Shown here piece after piece: positions 18,629 to 27,980 of a stretch of DNA of 64,000 nt; the first letter of the stretch is position 1, and every line of letters starts with the position of its first letter. The stretch spans positions 71,891 to 135,890 of the forward strand of contig JBAZJZ010000001.1 of the NCBI GenBank assembly GCA_041650995.1, in the 5' to 3' direction. A program made the position numbers and the translations under genes. This DNA comes from Patescibacteria group bacterium. Its GTDB lineage: Bacteria; Patescibacteriota; Patescibacteriia; XYB2-FULL-38-15. The notes beneath the pieces are model-generated. The model had not been told where the DNA came from, searched no databases, and saw only the letters and a list, made by a program, of their open reading frames with translations.

Positions 18629-19399
18629 TTGTTAATATTTATGTTGGAAAAAGAATTACAAAAATTAGGCTTATCAGATAAAGAAGCCAAGGTTTATTTA
18701 TCTTCAATGGAACTTGGCCCATCGCCGGTGCAAAGCATCTCGAGTAAAGCTGGCGTAAATCGTGCTACAACTTATGTGATGATTGAATCGCTAATCGGTC
18801 GCGGTTTGATGAGCTCTTTTGAAAAAGGAAAAAAGAGATTTTTTACGGCCGAGTCTCCAGATCAACTCCTCGCTATTCTTCACAAAGAGGAATTGGAGGC
18901 AAAAGAAAAAACGCGGCAATTTGAAGGAATTTTGCCGGAGTTAAAAATTCTTTTTTCTGCCGCAGAAGAAAAACCCCGTTTGAGATTTTTTGAGGGCATT
19001 GAAGGTCTTAAGGCTATTCAGGAGGATATATTGAAATCAAAATTTGAAAGTTTTGAAGAGGTCGTTGCTCTAGATGAATTTTATAAAATTTTTCCTCCTG
19101 ATGATAAGGATCATAGAAAAAAGTTAGCCGTTAAGACAGAAAAGATGTTAGTGAGGATTATTTATACTGGAGCTAAAGGAAAAGTTTTAGCAGCAAAAGA
19201 AGGGTTGAAAGAAAGAAGATATATTCCACCGGAAAAATTTCCGTTTTCTACAGATATTGTGATTTATGGGACTAAAGTTGCAATCGGAGTTTGTAGAGGT
19301 AAAATTATAGGAGTAATTATTGAAAGTAAAGAGGTCAGTGAGGCTTTGCGCGCGATTTTTAATTTGGCCTGGGAGGGTGCAGAAAAATATCAAAAGTAA
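18629..19399 (+). CDS. TrmB-family transcriptional regulator
   Basis: N-terminal winged HTH LGLSDKEAKVYLSSMELGPSPVQSISSKAGVNRATTYVMIESLIGRGL typical of TrmB; coiled-coil region; C-terminal effector-like domain. Confidence 0.65.
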   Translation: MLIFMLEKELQKLGLSDKEAKVYLSSMELGPSPVQSISSKAGVNRATTYVMIESLIGRGLMSSFEKGKKRFFTAESPDQLLAILHKEELEAKEKTRQFEGILPELKILFSAAEEKPRLRFFEGIEGLKAIQEDILKSKFESFEEVVALDEFYKIFPPDDKDHRKKLAVKTEKMLVRIIYTGAKGKVLAAKEGLKERRYIPPEKFPFSTDIVIYGTKVAIGVCRGKIIGVIIESKEVSEALRAIFNLAWEGAEKYQK

Positions 19400-19407
19400 A
19401 ATTAAAT

Positions 19408-19838
19408 AAAAAAAGCCCGAGATTGGTGCGCTCTTTCGCTTTGTCGCGATGGCGTTGCCACCAAATTCCCGGGCTGTGCGCCGTGGGAAAATCAGCAGTT
19501 TGCATGGTCTCCCAAGCGCGAAGATCGTCAGGATCACGTTGTTGAGTTTGTTGAGCCGTTGCCGTTGAGCGTCGTCACCCACCTTCTCCGCAGTTCGCGG
19601 TTCGTCGCTTCTGCAACCACTTCTTGCCTGTGGATTTGCCACCCCAAAACATGATCGAACCTCCTTTCGGAGGACAATATCTGAAGCAGCAAGCCAAGAC
19701 CCGAAGGCCTCAAAGCTAAGCCGCGCATTTCGGCAATTGTTGTTTGCCTCGCGGCAGTCGCTCGCTGACCTAGAAGAGTCAAGTACCCACTACAACAGAA
19801 AAGCCTCCAGTTCGCGGACGGGGAAGCCCCGTCACTTC
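19408..19838 (-). ncRNA. candidate structured ncRNA B (about 430 nt), GC-rich, identity unknown
   Basis: Minus-strand promoter TTGACA(17)TAAATT (plus 19846-19851 and 19869-19874); no convincing ORF; the 3' end is a long hairpin (plus 19415-19474) followed by U7. Confidence 0.4.
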
Positions 19839-19867
19839 TGCTTTTAATTTAACATAATCGCAGGGAT

Positions 19868-19887
19868 TTGTCAAGTCAAATTGACAA
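19868..19887. promoter_or_regulatory. palindrome TTGTCAA-N6-TTGACAA (copy 2), upstream of holB and at the 5' end of ncRNA B
   Basis: ttgtcaagtcaaattgacaa, followed by TATAAAT and the holB ATG at 19905. Confidence 0.55.
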
Positions 19888-19904
19888 ATTATAAATAAGA
19901 GACA

Positions 19905-20885
19905 ATGTTTTCTAATATTATCGGCCATAGAAATATCACAAGTTTTCTGGAAAAAAGCTTGAAAAATTGGGAAATTTCCCATGCGTATTTGTTTTATGGT
20001 CCGGCGCATTTAGGCAAAAAAACTGTGACTAGTTGTTTTGCTGAAAGCCTGCTCGGCCAGCCGATTTTAAATCATCCTGATGTTTATGAAGTTCGCCGCG
20101 AGCGCAAGGAAAAAGAAGAAAAATTAGCTAAAAATATTAGTATTGAGCAGGTTAGAGAATTTCAACAAAAATTATCTTTAACCTCCTTTTTAAATTCATA
20201 TAAAATTGGTATTATAGAAGAGGCGGAAACCCTGAGCACTGAGGCGGCCAACAGTTTATTGAAGACCCTGGAAGAGCCGACGCCGAAAACCGTGATTATT
20301 CTTCTTTCCGCGACTATTTCTGCCTTGCCGGCGACGATTGTTTCCCGTTGCCAGACTTTGAAATTTTTGCCGGTCGCGAAAGAAAAAATTTATGATCAGC
20401 TTTTGAATCTTGGGGCAAGTCGTGATGAGGCAAGAGATTTGGCGGGAATTTCTTGGGGAAAACCAGGGCTTGCGTTTGATTTTTGGAAAGCTAAAAAAGA
20501 AGAGGGTAAGGATTCGGCCATGGCAGATTATGAAGAACAGGTGCAAAACATTTTGGATTTAATGAAGGCAGAAACAATGCGCGATAAAATGAAGATTTTT
20601 GACGAGGTTTTGGGAAAAGATTCGGGCACGGAAGATTTGTTTGGTTCGTTAAATCAGATTTTAGCTCTCTGGACTTCAGTTTTACGCGACGCGGTAATGC
20701 TTCGCCACGGATGTCCGGAACTCGTGGCTAACGCCAAATTTTCTGAAGAGATAAAAAAAGTTTCCAGCCGTTTTAGCGTAGATTTTTTTCCGCGGCTTTG
20801 TCGGGAAATCCGGCGCACGGGAAAATATTTTGGAGAAAATTTAAATCCGCGTTTGGTTTTAGAAAATTTATTATTATCATTTTAA
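19905..20885 (+). CDS. holB: DNA polymerase III subunit delta-prime (HolB)
   Basis: 326 aa; AAA+ clamp-loader fold: HAYLFYGPAHLGKKT (degenerate Walker A), IIEEAETLS, SRC arginine finger motif. Confidence 0.75.
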   Translation: MFSNIIGHRNITSFLEKSLKNWEISHAYLFYGPAHLGKKTVTSCFAESLLGQPILNHPDVYEVRRERKEKEEKLAKNISIEQVREFQQKLSLTSFLNSYKIGIIEEAETLSTEAANSLLKTLEEPTPKTVIILLSATISALPATIVSRCQTLKFLPVAKEKIYDQLLNLGASRDEARDLAGISWGKPGLAFDFWKAKKEEGKDSAMADYEEQVQNILDLMKAETMRDKMKIFDEVLGKDSGTEDLFGSLNQILALWTSVLRDAVMLRHGCPELVANAKFSEEIKKVSSRFSVDFFPRLCREIRRTGKYFGENLNPRLVLENLLLSF

Positions 20886-20979
20886 AAATGTCATTGCGGG
20901 GAGTCCCGACTTTGCTCGGGCAACGCGGCAATCCCATTGCTTGAGATTGCTTCACTTCGTTCGCAATGACAATGTGATT

Positions 20980-22035
20980 ATGAAAAAAATCTATTTTGTT
21001 TTTTTTCTTTTGGCTGGTTTGGTTTTGACAGGCGCGGGTTGCATAAGTTTTACCGGCGGTGACCAAAGCGGGACGGACGGCGGGATTTTTAAATCAGTTG
21101 ATAAGGCGGAAAATTGGTTACAAAAAACGGCGGTGGCGGCAGTGAAGCCGGGAAGTTTGGCAAACGTGAATGTTGTGTCTTTGGTTTTTGATCCGCAAGA
21201 TTCAAAAACAATGTATTTGGCCACAGCCGAGAATGGCCTTTTTTATACGATTGATGGCGCGGAATCATGGTTTATTGCCGGCTCGCTTTCCGGCGGTAGA
21301 ATTAATGCCGTGGCGCCGGACGCGAAAGACAAATGCAACCTTTACGCCGCCGCGGGAAATAAAATTTTTAAAACAACAGATTGTACAAGAAGCTGGCAAA
21401 ATATTTATGTTGATACCAGAGCAGACCAGGTTGTAACCGCGCTCGCGACAGATTCTTACACCCCGAACATAATTTATGCCGGGCTTTCAGGCGGCGATCT
21501 TTTGAAATCCACAGATTCCGGAGCGAGTTGGACTGTAATTAAACGTTTTGAAAATGAGGTCAAGAAAATTTTGGTGAATTTTTATGACACAAGAATAATT
21601 TATGTGGGCACCCAGGGGCGGGGAGTTTGGAAAACAACCGATGGCGGGGCAAACTGGACGGACTTGAGTGAAAAATTAAATGAGTTTGATGGAGCGCGGG
21701 ATTTCAAGAACTTGATTTTGGATTTTTCCAAACATGATTCTTTGATTTTGGCGTCTCGCTACGGTTTGCTCCGGACGGCAGACGGCGGAGCGAACTGGCA
21801 GGCAATTCAGCTTTTGACGCCGCCGGGCAGCGTGGATATTTTTTCCTTGGCTGTGAATCCGCAAAATGGAAATGAAATTTATTATGGAACAAGTTCCACA
21901 CTTTACAAAACAGTGGACGGCGGAGCAAGATGGGTAACAAAAAAATTGCCAACCACTCGCGCCGCGACATATCTCCTGGTTGATCCGGGAAATGGCAACA
22001 TAGTATACCTCGGCACAACAAGATTTCAAAAGTAA
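20980..22035 (+). CDS. BNR/Asp-box repeat (Ycf48/sortilin-like beta-propeller) lipoprotein
   Basis: Lipoprotein signal FLLAGLVLTGAGC; repeated S-x-D-x-G-x-(S/N)-W motifs (TDGGANWT, TDSGASWT, ADGGANWQ, VDGGARWV). Confidence 0.6.
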   Translation: MKKIYFVFFLLAGLVLTGAGCISFTGGDQSGTDGGIFKSVDKAENWLQKTAVAAVKPGSLANVNVVSLVFDPQDSKTMYLATAENGLFYTIDGAESWFIAGSLSGGRINAVAPDAKDKCNLYAAAGNKIFKTTDCTRSWQNIYVDTRADQVVTALATDSYTPNIIYAGLSGGDLLKSTDSGASWTVIKRFENEVKKILVNFYDTRIIYVGTQGRGVWKTTDGGANWTDLSEKLNEFDGARDFKNLILDFSKHDSLILASRYGLLRTADGGANWQAIQLLTPPGSVDIFSLAVNPQNGNEIYYGTSSTLYKTVDGGARWVTKKLPTTRAATYLLVDPGNGNIVYLGTTRFQK

Positions 22036-22054
22036 TTTATAAACAAATAATTTT

Positions 22055-22381
22055 ATGACAGAAAAATTTCGAGGTGAGGGGGAGTCAACGTCAGAAAGTT
22101 TGCGCGCGGCGTATCGTGAGGCGAGGAAAGAGGGAGGTGCAATAGTGGCAGAACTACTTCAAGCGGTTAGAGAGATCGCGGCGAGCATGCCAGGCAAGGA
22201 AGAGTCAGTAATACAAGGCGAGTTACGCAAAAATATCCGGGTAAGGGAGATCTATACCCGATGGGACAAGGCAATAGCGAGAAGACAGAAAGCTTACGGA
22301 GAGTGGAGAAGATTTAGAGATACTGAGGGGGACCAGGCGGTGTACGAAGAAGATGAAGAAGAAGATTGGGAAAACTGGTGA
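22055..22381 (+). CDS. hypothetical acidic protein, moderately GC-enriched
   Basis: 108 aa; R/E-rich with an acidic tail EEDEEEDWENW; no family recognised. Confidence 0.35.
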   Translation: MTEKFRGEGESTSESLRAAYREARKEGGAIVAELLQAVREIAASMPGKEESVIQGELRKNIRVREIYTRWDKAIARRQKAYGEWRRFRDTEGDQAVYEEDEEEDWENW

Positions 22382-22418
22382 AGATTTTTGATAAGTAATA
22401 TTTTATAAGTTCAAAAAT

Positions 22419-22973
22419 ATGAATAATTTTTTAGAAACACACAAAGAAGATTTTACAAAAGTCGTGGAGCATTTGAAGGGCGAGCTTTCATCGCTCCGAA
22501 CCGGACGGGCGAACGCCTCGCTTGTGGAAAATATCACAGTTGAAGCGTACGGCGTCAAAACCCCGATCCGCGGTTTGGCTAATATTACCGTTCCTGATCC
22601 GAGAACCTTAGTTATTGAACCTTGGGATAAAAGTGTTATTAAAGATATGGAAAAAGCGATTCAGATGGCGAACACGGGTATTAATCCGGTAAATGAAGGA
22701 ACAAAAATTCGGCTTTCTATGCCACAGATGACCGAAGAAAATAGAAAAGAGATGATAAAAATTCTTGGCCAAAAGCTGGAGCAGGCGAGGATAAGTTTAC
22801 GAAACGTCCGCGAAACGGTGAAAGATGAAATTGCGAAAGCGGAAAAAGATAAAGAAATTGGTGAAGATGAAAAATTCAGGTTTCAGGAGGAATTGGAAGA
22901 ATTTGTTAAAGAAAAAAATGAGGAAGTAAAAGAGATTGGGGAGAAGAAGGAGAAGGAGTTGATGACGATTTGA
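22419..22973 (+). CDS. frr: ribosome recycling factor
   Basis: 184 aa; EHLKGELSSLRTGRANASLVENI...NPVNEGTKIRLSMP conserved Frr blocks. Confidence 0.9.
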   Translation: MNNFLETHKEDFTKVVEHLKGELSSLRTGRANASLVENITVEAYGVKTPIRGLANITVPDPRTLVIEPWDKSVIKDMEKAIQMANTGINPVNEGTKIRLSMPQMTEENRKEMIKILGQKLEQARISLRNVRETVKDEIAKAEKDKEIGEDEKFRFQEELEEFVKEKNEEVKEIGEKKEKELMTI

Positions 22974-22978
22974 TTGAA

Positions 22979-23003
22979 GTAACGAGTAACGGGTAACGAG
23001 TAA
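22979..23003 (+). repeat. tandem heptamer repeat GTAACGA/GTAACGG x3.5 immediately after the frr stop
   Basis: gtaacgagtaacgggtaacgagtaa; the same heptamer family occurs at 53383-53417, 51772-51806 and 3016-3090. Confidence 0.6.
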
Positions 23004-23015
23004 ATTTATTTTTTT

Positions 23016-24704
23016 ATGAAAAAAGAAAAAAATAATGGCGTCGAGTTGATGGATAAAATCGTTTCGCTCTGTAAGCGGCGCGGTTTTATTTTTCCCGGTT
23101 CGGAAATTTATGGCGGCATGGCAAATTCTTGGGATTACGGGCCGCTCGGAGTGGAATTGAAAAATAATATTAAACAGGCTTGGTGGAAAAAATTTGTTCA
23201 TTCTCGGACAGATATGGTTGGGATTGACGCGGCGCTGATTATGAATCCGAAAGTTTGGGAAGCGTCGGGGCATTTGAAAAATTTTACCGATCCACTCGTG
23301 GAATGTAAAAAATGCCACGAGAGATTTCGCGCGGATAAGCTGATCAGTGATAATCAAAAAGTTGTTCTATTGCAAAAAGAGTTATCAGATTTTATAGAAA
23401 AATATTTGAAGGATAACCTCGGCGAGGCGGAAGGTAAGGCAAACCAAGTTGAATATCTTACCTTGGGGTTTGATGGTGAGATTAAAGATTCTGATTATTC
23501 AGGGAGAGAACAGGAAAAAATTATAAAGTATTTTAAAAAAGCTGCCCAACAAGCATTTGATTTAATACATTACGACGTAGACGTTAATGAGGAAGGTCAC
23601 TATGAAGGTGGGTGGGATTTTAGGGAAGCATTTCTGCGACGATTTTCCCCAGTAGACATAAAAGATTTAGCTGAAGAATTATATCTTGATCGCGAAATAA
23701 AGTGCCCGGCTTGTGACGGGAGGGATTGGGGCGCTACACGTCAATTTAATTTGATGTTTAAAACTTTCATCGGTCCGGCTGAAGAGTCGGCGAATGTGGC
23801 GTATTTCCGGCCCGAAACGGCGCAGGCAATGTTTGTGGATTTTAAACAAGTGGCGGAAACTTCAAGAAAAAGAATTCCCTTTGGCATTGCCCAAATTGGC
23901 AAGGCTTTCAGAAATGAAATTACACCGGGAAATTTTATTTTTCGCACCCGCGAGTTTGAACAAATGGAAATAGAATATTTTATCCGGGAAAAAGATTGGG
24001 AAAAGACTTTTGAATATTGGCATGAGGAAATGTATAAATGGATGGGGGAGTTGGGTTTGAAAAAAGAGCATCTGCACGATTTGGAAGTTCCGGAAAAAGA
24101 ACGGGCGCATTATTCCAAACGGACAATTGATATTGAATATGATTTTCCTTTTGGCACGGATGAACTTTACGGCCTGGCTTATCGCACAGATTTTGATTTA
24201 GAAAATCACGCGAAAGCGAGCGGCCAGAGTTTAGAATATTTGGATCCGGAAACGCAGGAAAAATTTATTCCGCACGTGATTGAACCGACTTTTGGAGTGG
24301 ATCGTTCTGTTCTCGCTGTGCTTTGCGAATCATATAATGAAGAAGAAGCGCCGACGGCGGAAGAAGGAAAAACAGAGCCACGGGTGGTTTTAAAATTTCC
24401 GAAATGGCTCGCGCCGATTAAAGTCGCGATTTTGCCGCTTTCCAAAAAAGAGGAATTGGCAAAAGTGGCTCGGCCGATTTACGAAGACTTGGTCAAATAT
24501 TTCATTTGCGAATACGACGAAACGCAATCCATCGGCAAACGCTACCGTCGCCAGGATGAAATCGGCACGCCGTATTGTGTGACAGTTGATTTTGAAACTT
24601 TGGAAGATAAATCCGTGACGGTGCGCGACCGCGACACAATGAAACAAGAAAGAATAAAGATTGAGGAATTGGTTGATTATTTAAAAATTAAATTGGAGGA
24701 GTAA
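23016..24704 (+). CDS. glyQS: glycine--tRNA ligase (class II, alpha2-type)
   Basis: 562 aa; GFIFPGSEIYGG, FRNEITPGNFIFRTREFEQMEIEYF motif 2/3 region and a C-terminal anticodon-binding domain. Confidence 0.85.
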   Translation: MKKEKNNGVELMDKIVSLCKRRGFIFPGSEIYGGMANSWDYGPLGVELKNNIKQAWWKKFVHSRTDMVGIDAALIMNPKVWEASGHLKNFTDPLVECKKCHERFRADKLISDNQKVVLLQKELSDFIEKYLKDNLGEAEGKANQVEYLTLGFDGEIKDSDYSGREQEKIIKYFKKAAQQAFDLIHYDVDVNEEGHYEGGWDFREAFLRRFSPVDIKDLAEELYLDREIKCPACDGRDWGATRQFNLMFKTFIGPAEESANVAYFRPETAQAMFVDFKQVAETSRKRIPFGIAQIGKAFRNEITPGNFIFRTREFEQMEIEYFIREKDWEKTFEYWHEEMYKWMGELGLKKEHLHDLEVPEKERAHYSKRTIDIEYDFPFGTDELYGLAYRTDFDLENHAKASGQSLEYLDPETQEKFIPHVIEPTFGVDRSVLAVLCESYNEEEAPTAEEGKTEPRVVLKFPKWLAPIKVAILPLSKKEELAKVARPIYEDLVKYFICEYDETQSIGKRYRRQDEIGTPYCVTVDFETLEDKSVTVRDRDTMKQERIKIEELVDYLKIKLEE

Positions 24705-24708
24705 AATT

Positions 24709-25002
24709 ATGCCAATCAACAATCCATCAGGAGAACAACACGCAGAACAACTTAGGATGCACGGCGAAGAACTTAGAGATCAATTCGAAAAAATAACGCA
24801 AAAACTTAACGCGGTTTTTGGCGCGGATGGTTATAGTATTGATACAGATGGTTTTGTTGTTCTTACTAATCCAGAAAATTCATTAACAGAAGCCGAACAG
24901 AAAACTTTGGTTGAAGGAGACACGGAAGTCCACAGGATTTATGATGAATCTAAAAAATTAGGTTTGGATATTTTTAGAAGACCTTCGGATAAGATTCATT
25001 AA
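24709..25002 (+). CDS. hypothetical protein
   Basis: 97 aa, no recognised domain. Confidence 0.3.
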   Translation: MPINNPSGEQHAEQLRMHGEELRDQFEKITQKLNAVFGADGYSIDTDGFVVLTNPENSLTEAEQKTLVEGDTEVHRIYDESKKLGLDIFRRPSDKIH

Positions 25003-25040
25003 TTTTGAGATGTATCTGTAAAAATCGTCTAATTATTTTT

Positions 25041-26309
25041 ATGTTTGAAAAAAAAGTATTAAAGAGCGGATTGCGTTTGATTACTTCGCCAATTTCCGGC
25101 ACGGAAGCGGCGACGATTTTGGTTTTGTGTAAAGTCGGTTCGCGTTATGAAGAGTTGGCGCAAAATGGCGTTTCCCATTTTATTGAACACATGATGTTTA
25201 AGGGAACAAAAAAACGGCCAGAGACGATTGATATTTCCCGCGATTTGGACAGCGTGGGGGCCGAGTATAATGCTTTTACTTCGCGCGACAACACTGGTTA
25301 TTATATAAAAATTGAGCAAGATAAAATTGAGTTGGCGCTGGACATGCTTTCCGATATGCTTTGGAATTCTAAATTCGATGAAAAAGAAATTAAGAGCGAA
25401 TCGGGAGTAATTTCTGAAGAAATCAGGATGTATGAAGATAATCCAATGATGTTTATTGAAGATCTTTTGGAGCAGACAATGTTTGGCGATCATCCGCTCG
25501 GACGGAAAATCAGCGGTGATGTGGCGACCGTGAAAAGTTTCAATAGAAAAATGATGTTGGAATACAGAGATAAATTTTATCAGCCAAATAATACGGTTCT
25601 GGCTTTGGCCGGAAAATTTGATAATAAGGCCGTGGTGCTCGCGGAAAAATATTTTGGCGCGGGCGGAGTTAAAGTAAAACCAGCTTTTAAAAAATTTGAT
25701 TTTTCCGTAAAAGAAGCTAAGCCGAAATTAAAAGTTCAATTTAAAGAAACCGAGCAGGTTCAGCTCGCTATCGGCTTCCCTGGTTTTTCCCATTCCGATT
25801 CGAAACTTTACGCGCTTCAATTGATGAGTATAATTTTGGGCGGCTATATGAGTTCACGCCTTTTTATTTCCATTCGCGAGAAGCGAGGATTGTGTTATTT
25901 TATCAGATCATACACGAATGTTTATGAAGACACAGGAAATTTAGTAATCCAGTCCGGACTTGATAAAACAAGAATTACCTCGGCAATCGGCGCGATTTTT
26001 GAAGAGCTGGATAAAATTGCCCGAAACGGCGTGACCGAGGAAGAATTAGAACGGGCGAAGGAGTGCGTTAAAGGGCGCCTCGTTTTGGCGCTTGAAGATT
26101 CAAGCCAGGTGGCTGATTGGTATGCCAAGCAGGATCTTTTGACTGGAGAAATTTTGACACCGGAAGAAAAAGTGAAAAAAGTTTTTGCCGTGGCAGCGGG
26201 CGATATCAAAAAAATTGCCGAAGAGGTAATGCAGAAAAAAAATATGACAGTTGCTCTGATCGGGCCGTTCAAAGATGAAACGCCGTTCGCGAAATTTTTA
26301 AAGTTATAA
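25041..26309 (+). CDS. M16-family zinc metallopeptidase (insulinase/pitrilysin-like)
   Basis: Inverted zinc-binding motif HFIEHMMFKGT (HxxEH) and a downstream E; start placed at the ATG at 25041. Confidence 0.75.
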   Translation: MFEKKVLKSGLRLITSPISGTEAATILVLCKVGSRYEELAQNGVSHFIEHMMFKGTKKRPETIDISRDLDSVGAEYNAFTSRDNTGYYIKIEQDKIELALDMLSDMLWNSKFDEKEIKSESGVISEEIRMYEDNPMMFIEDLLEQTMFGDHPLGRKISGDVATVKSFNRKMMLEYRDKFYQPNNTVLALAGKFDNKAVVLAEKYFGAGGVKVKPAFKKFDFSVKEAKPKLKVQFKETEQVQLAIGFPGFSHSDSKLYALQLMSIILGGYMSSRLFISIREKRGLCYFIRSYTNVYEDTGNLVIQSGLDKTRITSAIGAIFEELDKIARNGVTEEELERAKECVKGRLVLALEDSSQVADWYAKQDLLTGEILTPEEKVKKVFAVAAGDIKKIAEEVMQKKNMTVALIGPFKDETPFAKFLKL

Positions 26310-26319
26310 AAATTTTAAT

Positions 26320-27093
26320 ATGAAAAAAAAGATTTTTGTCGCCAACTGGAAGATGAACCTGACTGTCGCCGAAACAGAAAATCTTACGGAAAAATTGAGC
26401 CAAGAATTACGGACTCTCGCGGATAAAAAAACAGAAATAATTCTTTGTCCGGCTTTTCCCGCCCTGGACAATCTTTCAGCTATTTTAAAAAAAGAAAATC
26501 CCGCGGATTTTAAAATTGGGGCGCAAGATGTTTTTTGGGAAGAGAAGGGCGCGTTTACCGGAGAAGTTTCAGTGAAAATGTTAAAAGAAGCCGATTGCCA
26601 ATATGTGATTGTCGGTCATTCGGAGCGGCGGAAAAATTTGGGAGAGACAGACGAGATGGTAAACAAAAAAGTAAAAATTTTATTAGAAAACGATCTTACT
26701 CCGATTGTTTGTGTTGGAGAAACTTTTGAAGAAAGACAAAAAGGAATTCGCGACGTCGTCGTGGCGCGAGAAACTGCGGCGGCGATGGATGGCGTAAATC
26801 TTTTTGGAAATAAAAAAATTATTATTGCTTACGAACCGGTCTGGGTTATCGGCACGGGCCAGGCAGTGGAGCCTGAAGACGCGGAACATTCTCATCGGAT
26901 GATCCGCGAGGCGCTGTTTGAAATTTTTCCGGTAGACATCGTGGAAAAACATTTCCAAATTATTTATGGCGGCAGCATTGACGACAAAAATATAAAAGAT
27001 TTTTTGGAGCGGGAAAATATAGAGGGAGTTTTGGTCGGCGGCGCTTCGCTTAAAACCGAAGAATTTGTTAAAATGATAAAAGCGATAGCATAA
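26320..27093 (+). CDS. tpiA: triosephosphate isomerase
   Basis: VANWKMN, VIVGHSERR, AYEPVWVIGTG, IIYGGS active-site blocks. Confidence 0.9.
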   Translation: MKKKIFVANWKMNLTVAETENLTEKLSQELRTLADKKTEIILCPAFPALDNLSAILKKENPADFKIGAQDVFWEEKGAFTGEVSVKMLKEADCQYVIVGHSERRKNLGETDEMVNKKVKILLENDLTPIVCVGETFEERQKGIRDVVVARETAAAMDGVNLFGNKKIIIAYEPVWVIGTGQAVEPEDAEHSHRMIREALFEIFPVDIVEKHFQIIYGGSIDDKNIKDFLERENIEGVLVGGASLKTEEFVKMIKAIA

Positions 27094-27098
27094 TTTTT

Positions 27099-27965
27099 AT
27101 GCCACTTGTCCACATCAAAAATTTATTGAAAGATGCGAGCCGCGGGGAATACGCCCTCGGCGCGTTTAACACGCAGAATCTGGAAACTACTTTGGCGATA
27201 ATGCGCGCAGCCGAAGAAAATCGCGCGTCGCTTGTGATTCAAGTCAGCGAGGCGACGATTGATTACGCTGGTTTGGAATCAATCACGGAAATTATGAAAA
27301 CCGCGGCGAAGAAGGAAATGAAACTCGGACGGGCGGCCCTGCATCTTGATCACGGGAAAAAATTTGAATCAATAGTAAATTGCATTAAGGCCGGGTTTTC
27401 TTCAATTATGATGGACGCATCGCATTTGCCCTTTCGAGAAAATATCGCGATAACGCGACGGGCGGCGCAATACGCGCATAAACACGGAGTTTTTGCTCAA
27501 GGAGAATTGGGGCGTCTCGCGGGCGTGGAAGATGTTGTTCGCGTTGCCGGACACGAAGCTTTTATGACGCATCCGGATGAGGCGGCGGAATTTGTTAAAA
27601 AAACCGGCATTGACACGCTCGCGGTTTCCGTTGGCAATGTTCACGGCATAATGAAAATAAGAAAAGGCGTGCCAAAATTAGACCTCGCGCGCTTGAAAGA
27701 AATCGGAAAAAAAGTTAAGGTCCCATTAGTGTTGCATGGCGCTTCAGGCATTCCAAAGGAAGAAATAAAAAAAGCGATAAAATTAGGTATCAGAATTATT
27801 AATATTGATACAGAAATCAGGTTGGCTTTTACGGATTCTCTTCGAACAACACTTTCAGGAGATAAAAGTATTTTTGATCCAAGGAAAGTTTTGACGCCCG
27901 CGATGACGGCGATGGAAAAAGTTGTGGCAGAGAAGATAAAGATTTTTGGCAGCGCGAGGAAATAA
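27099..27965 (+). CDS. fba: class II fructose-bisphosphate aldolase
   Basis: GEYALGAFN, HLDHG, metal-binding histidines, LVLHGASG. Confidence 0.85.
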   Translation: MPLVHIKNLLKDASRGEYALGAFNTQNLETTLAIMRAAEENRASLVIQVSEATIDYAGLESITEIMKTAAKKEMKLGRAALHLDHGKKFESIVNCIKAGFSSIMMDASHLPFRENIAITRRAAQYAHKHGVFAQGELGRLAGVEDVVRVAGHEAFMTHPDEAAEFVKKTGIDTLAVSVGNVHGIMKIRKGVPKLDLARLKEIGKKVKVPLVLHGASGIPKEEIKKAIKLGIRIINIDTEIRLAFTDSLRTTLSGDKSIFDPRKVLTPAMTAMEKVVAEKIKIFGSARK

Positions 27966-27980
27966 TTTTAATTTTAAAGT

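Noticed and set aside
22797-23357. 186-aa minus-strand ORF
   Set aside because: It lies antisense to frr and the start of the GlyRS gene, and its translation is a low-complexity F/I/N-rich string typical of AT-rich antisense frames.
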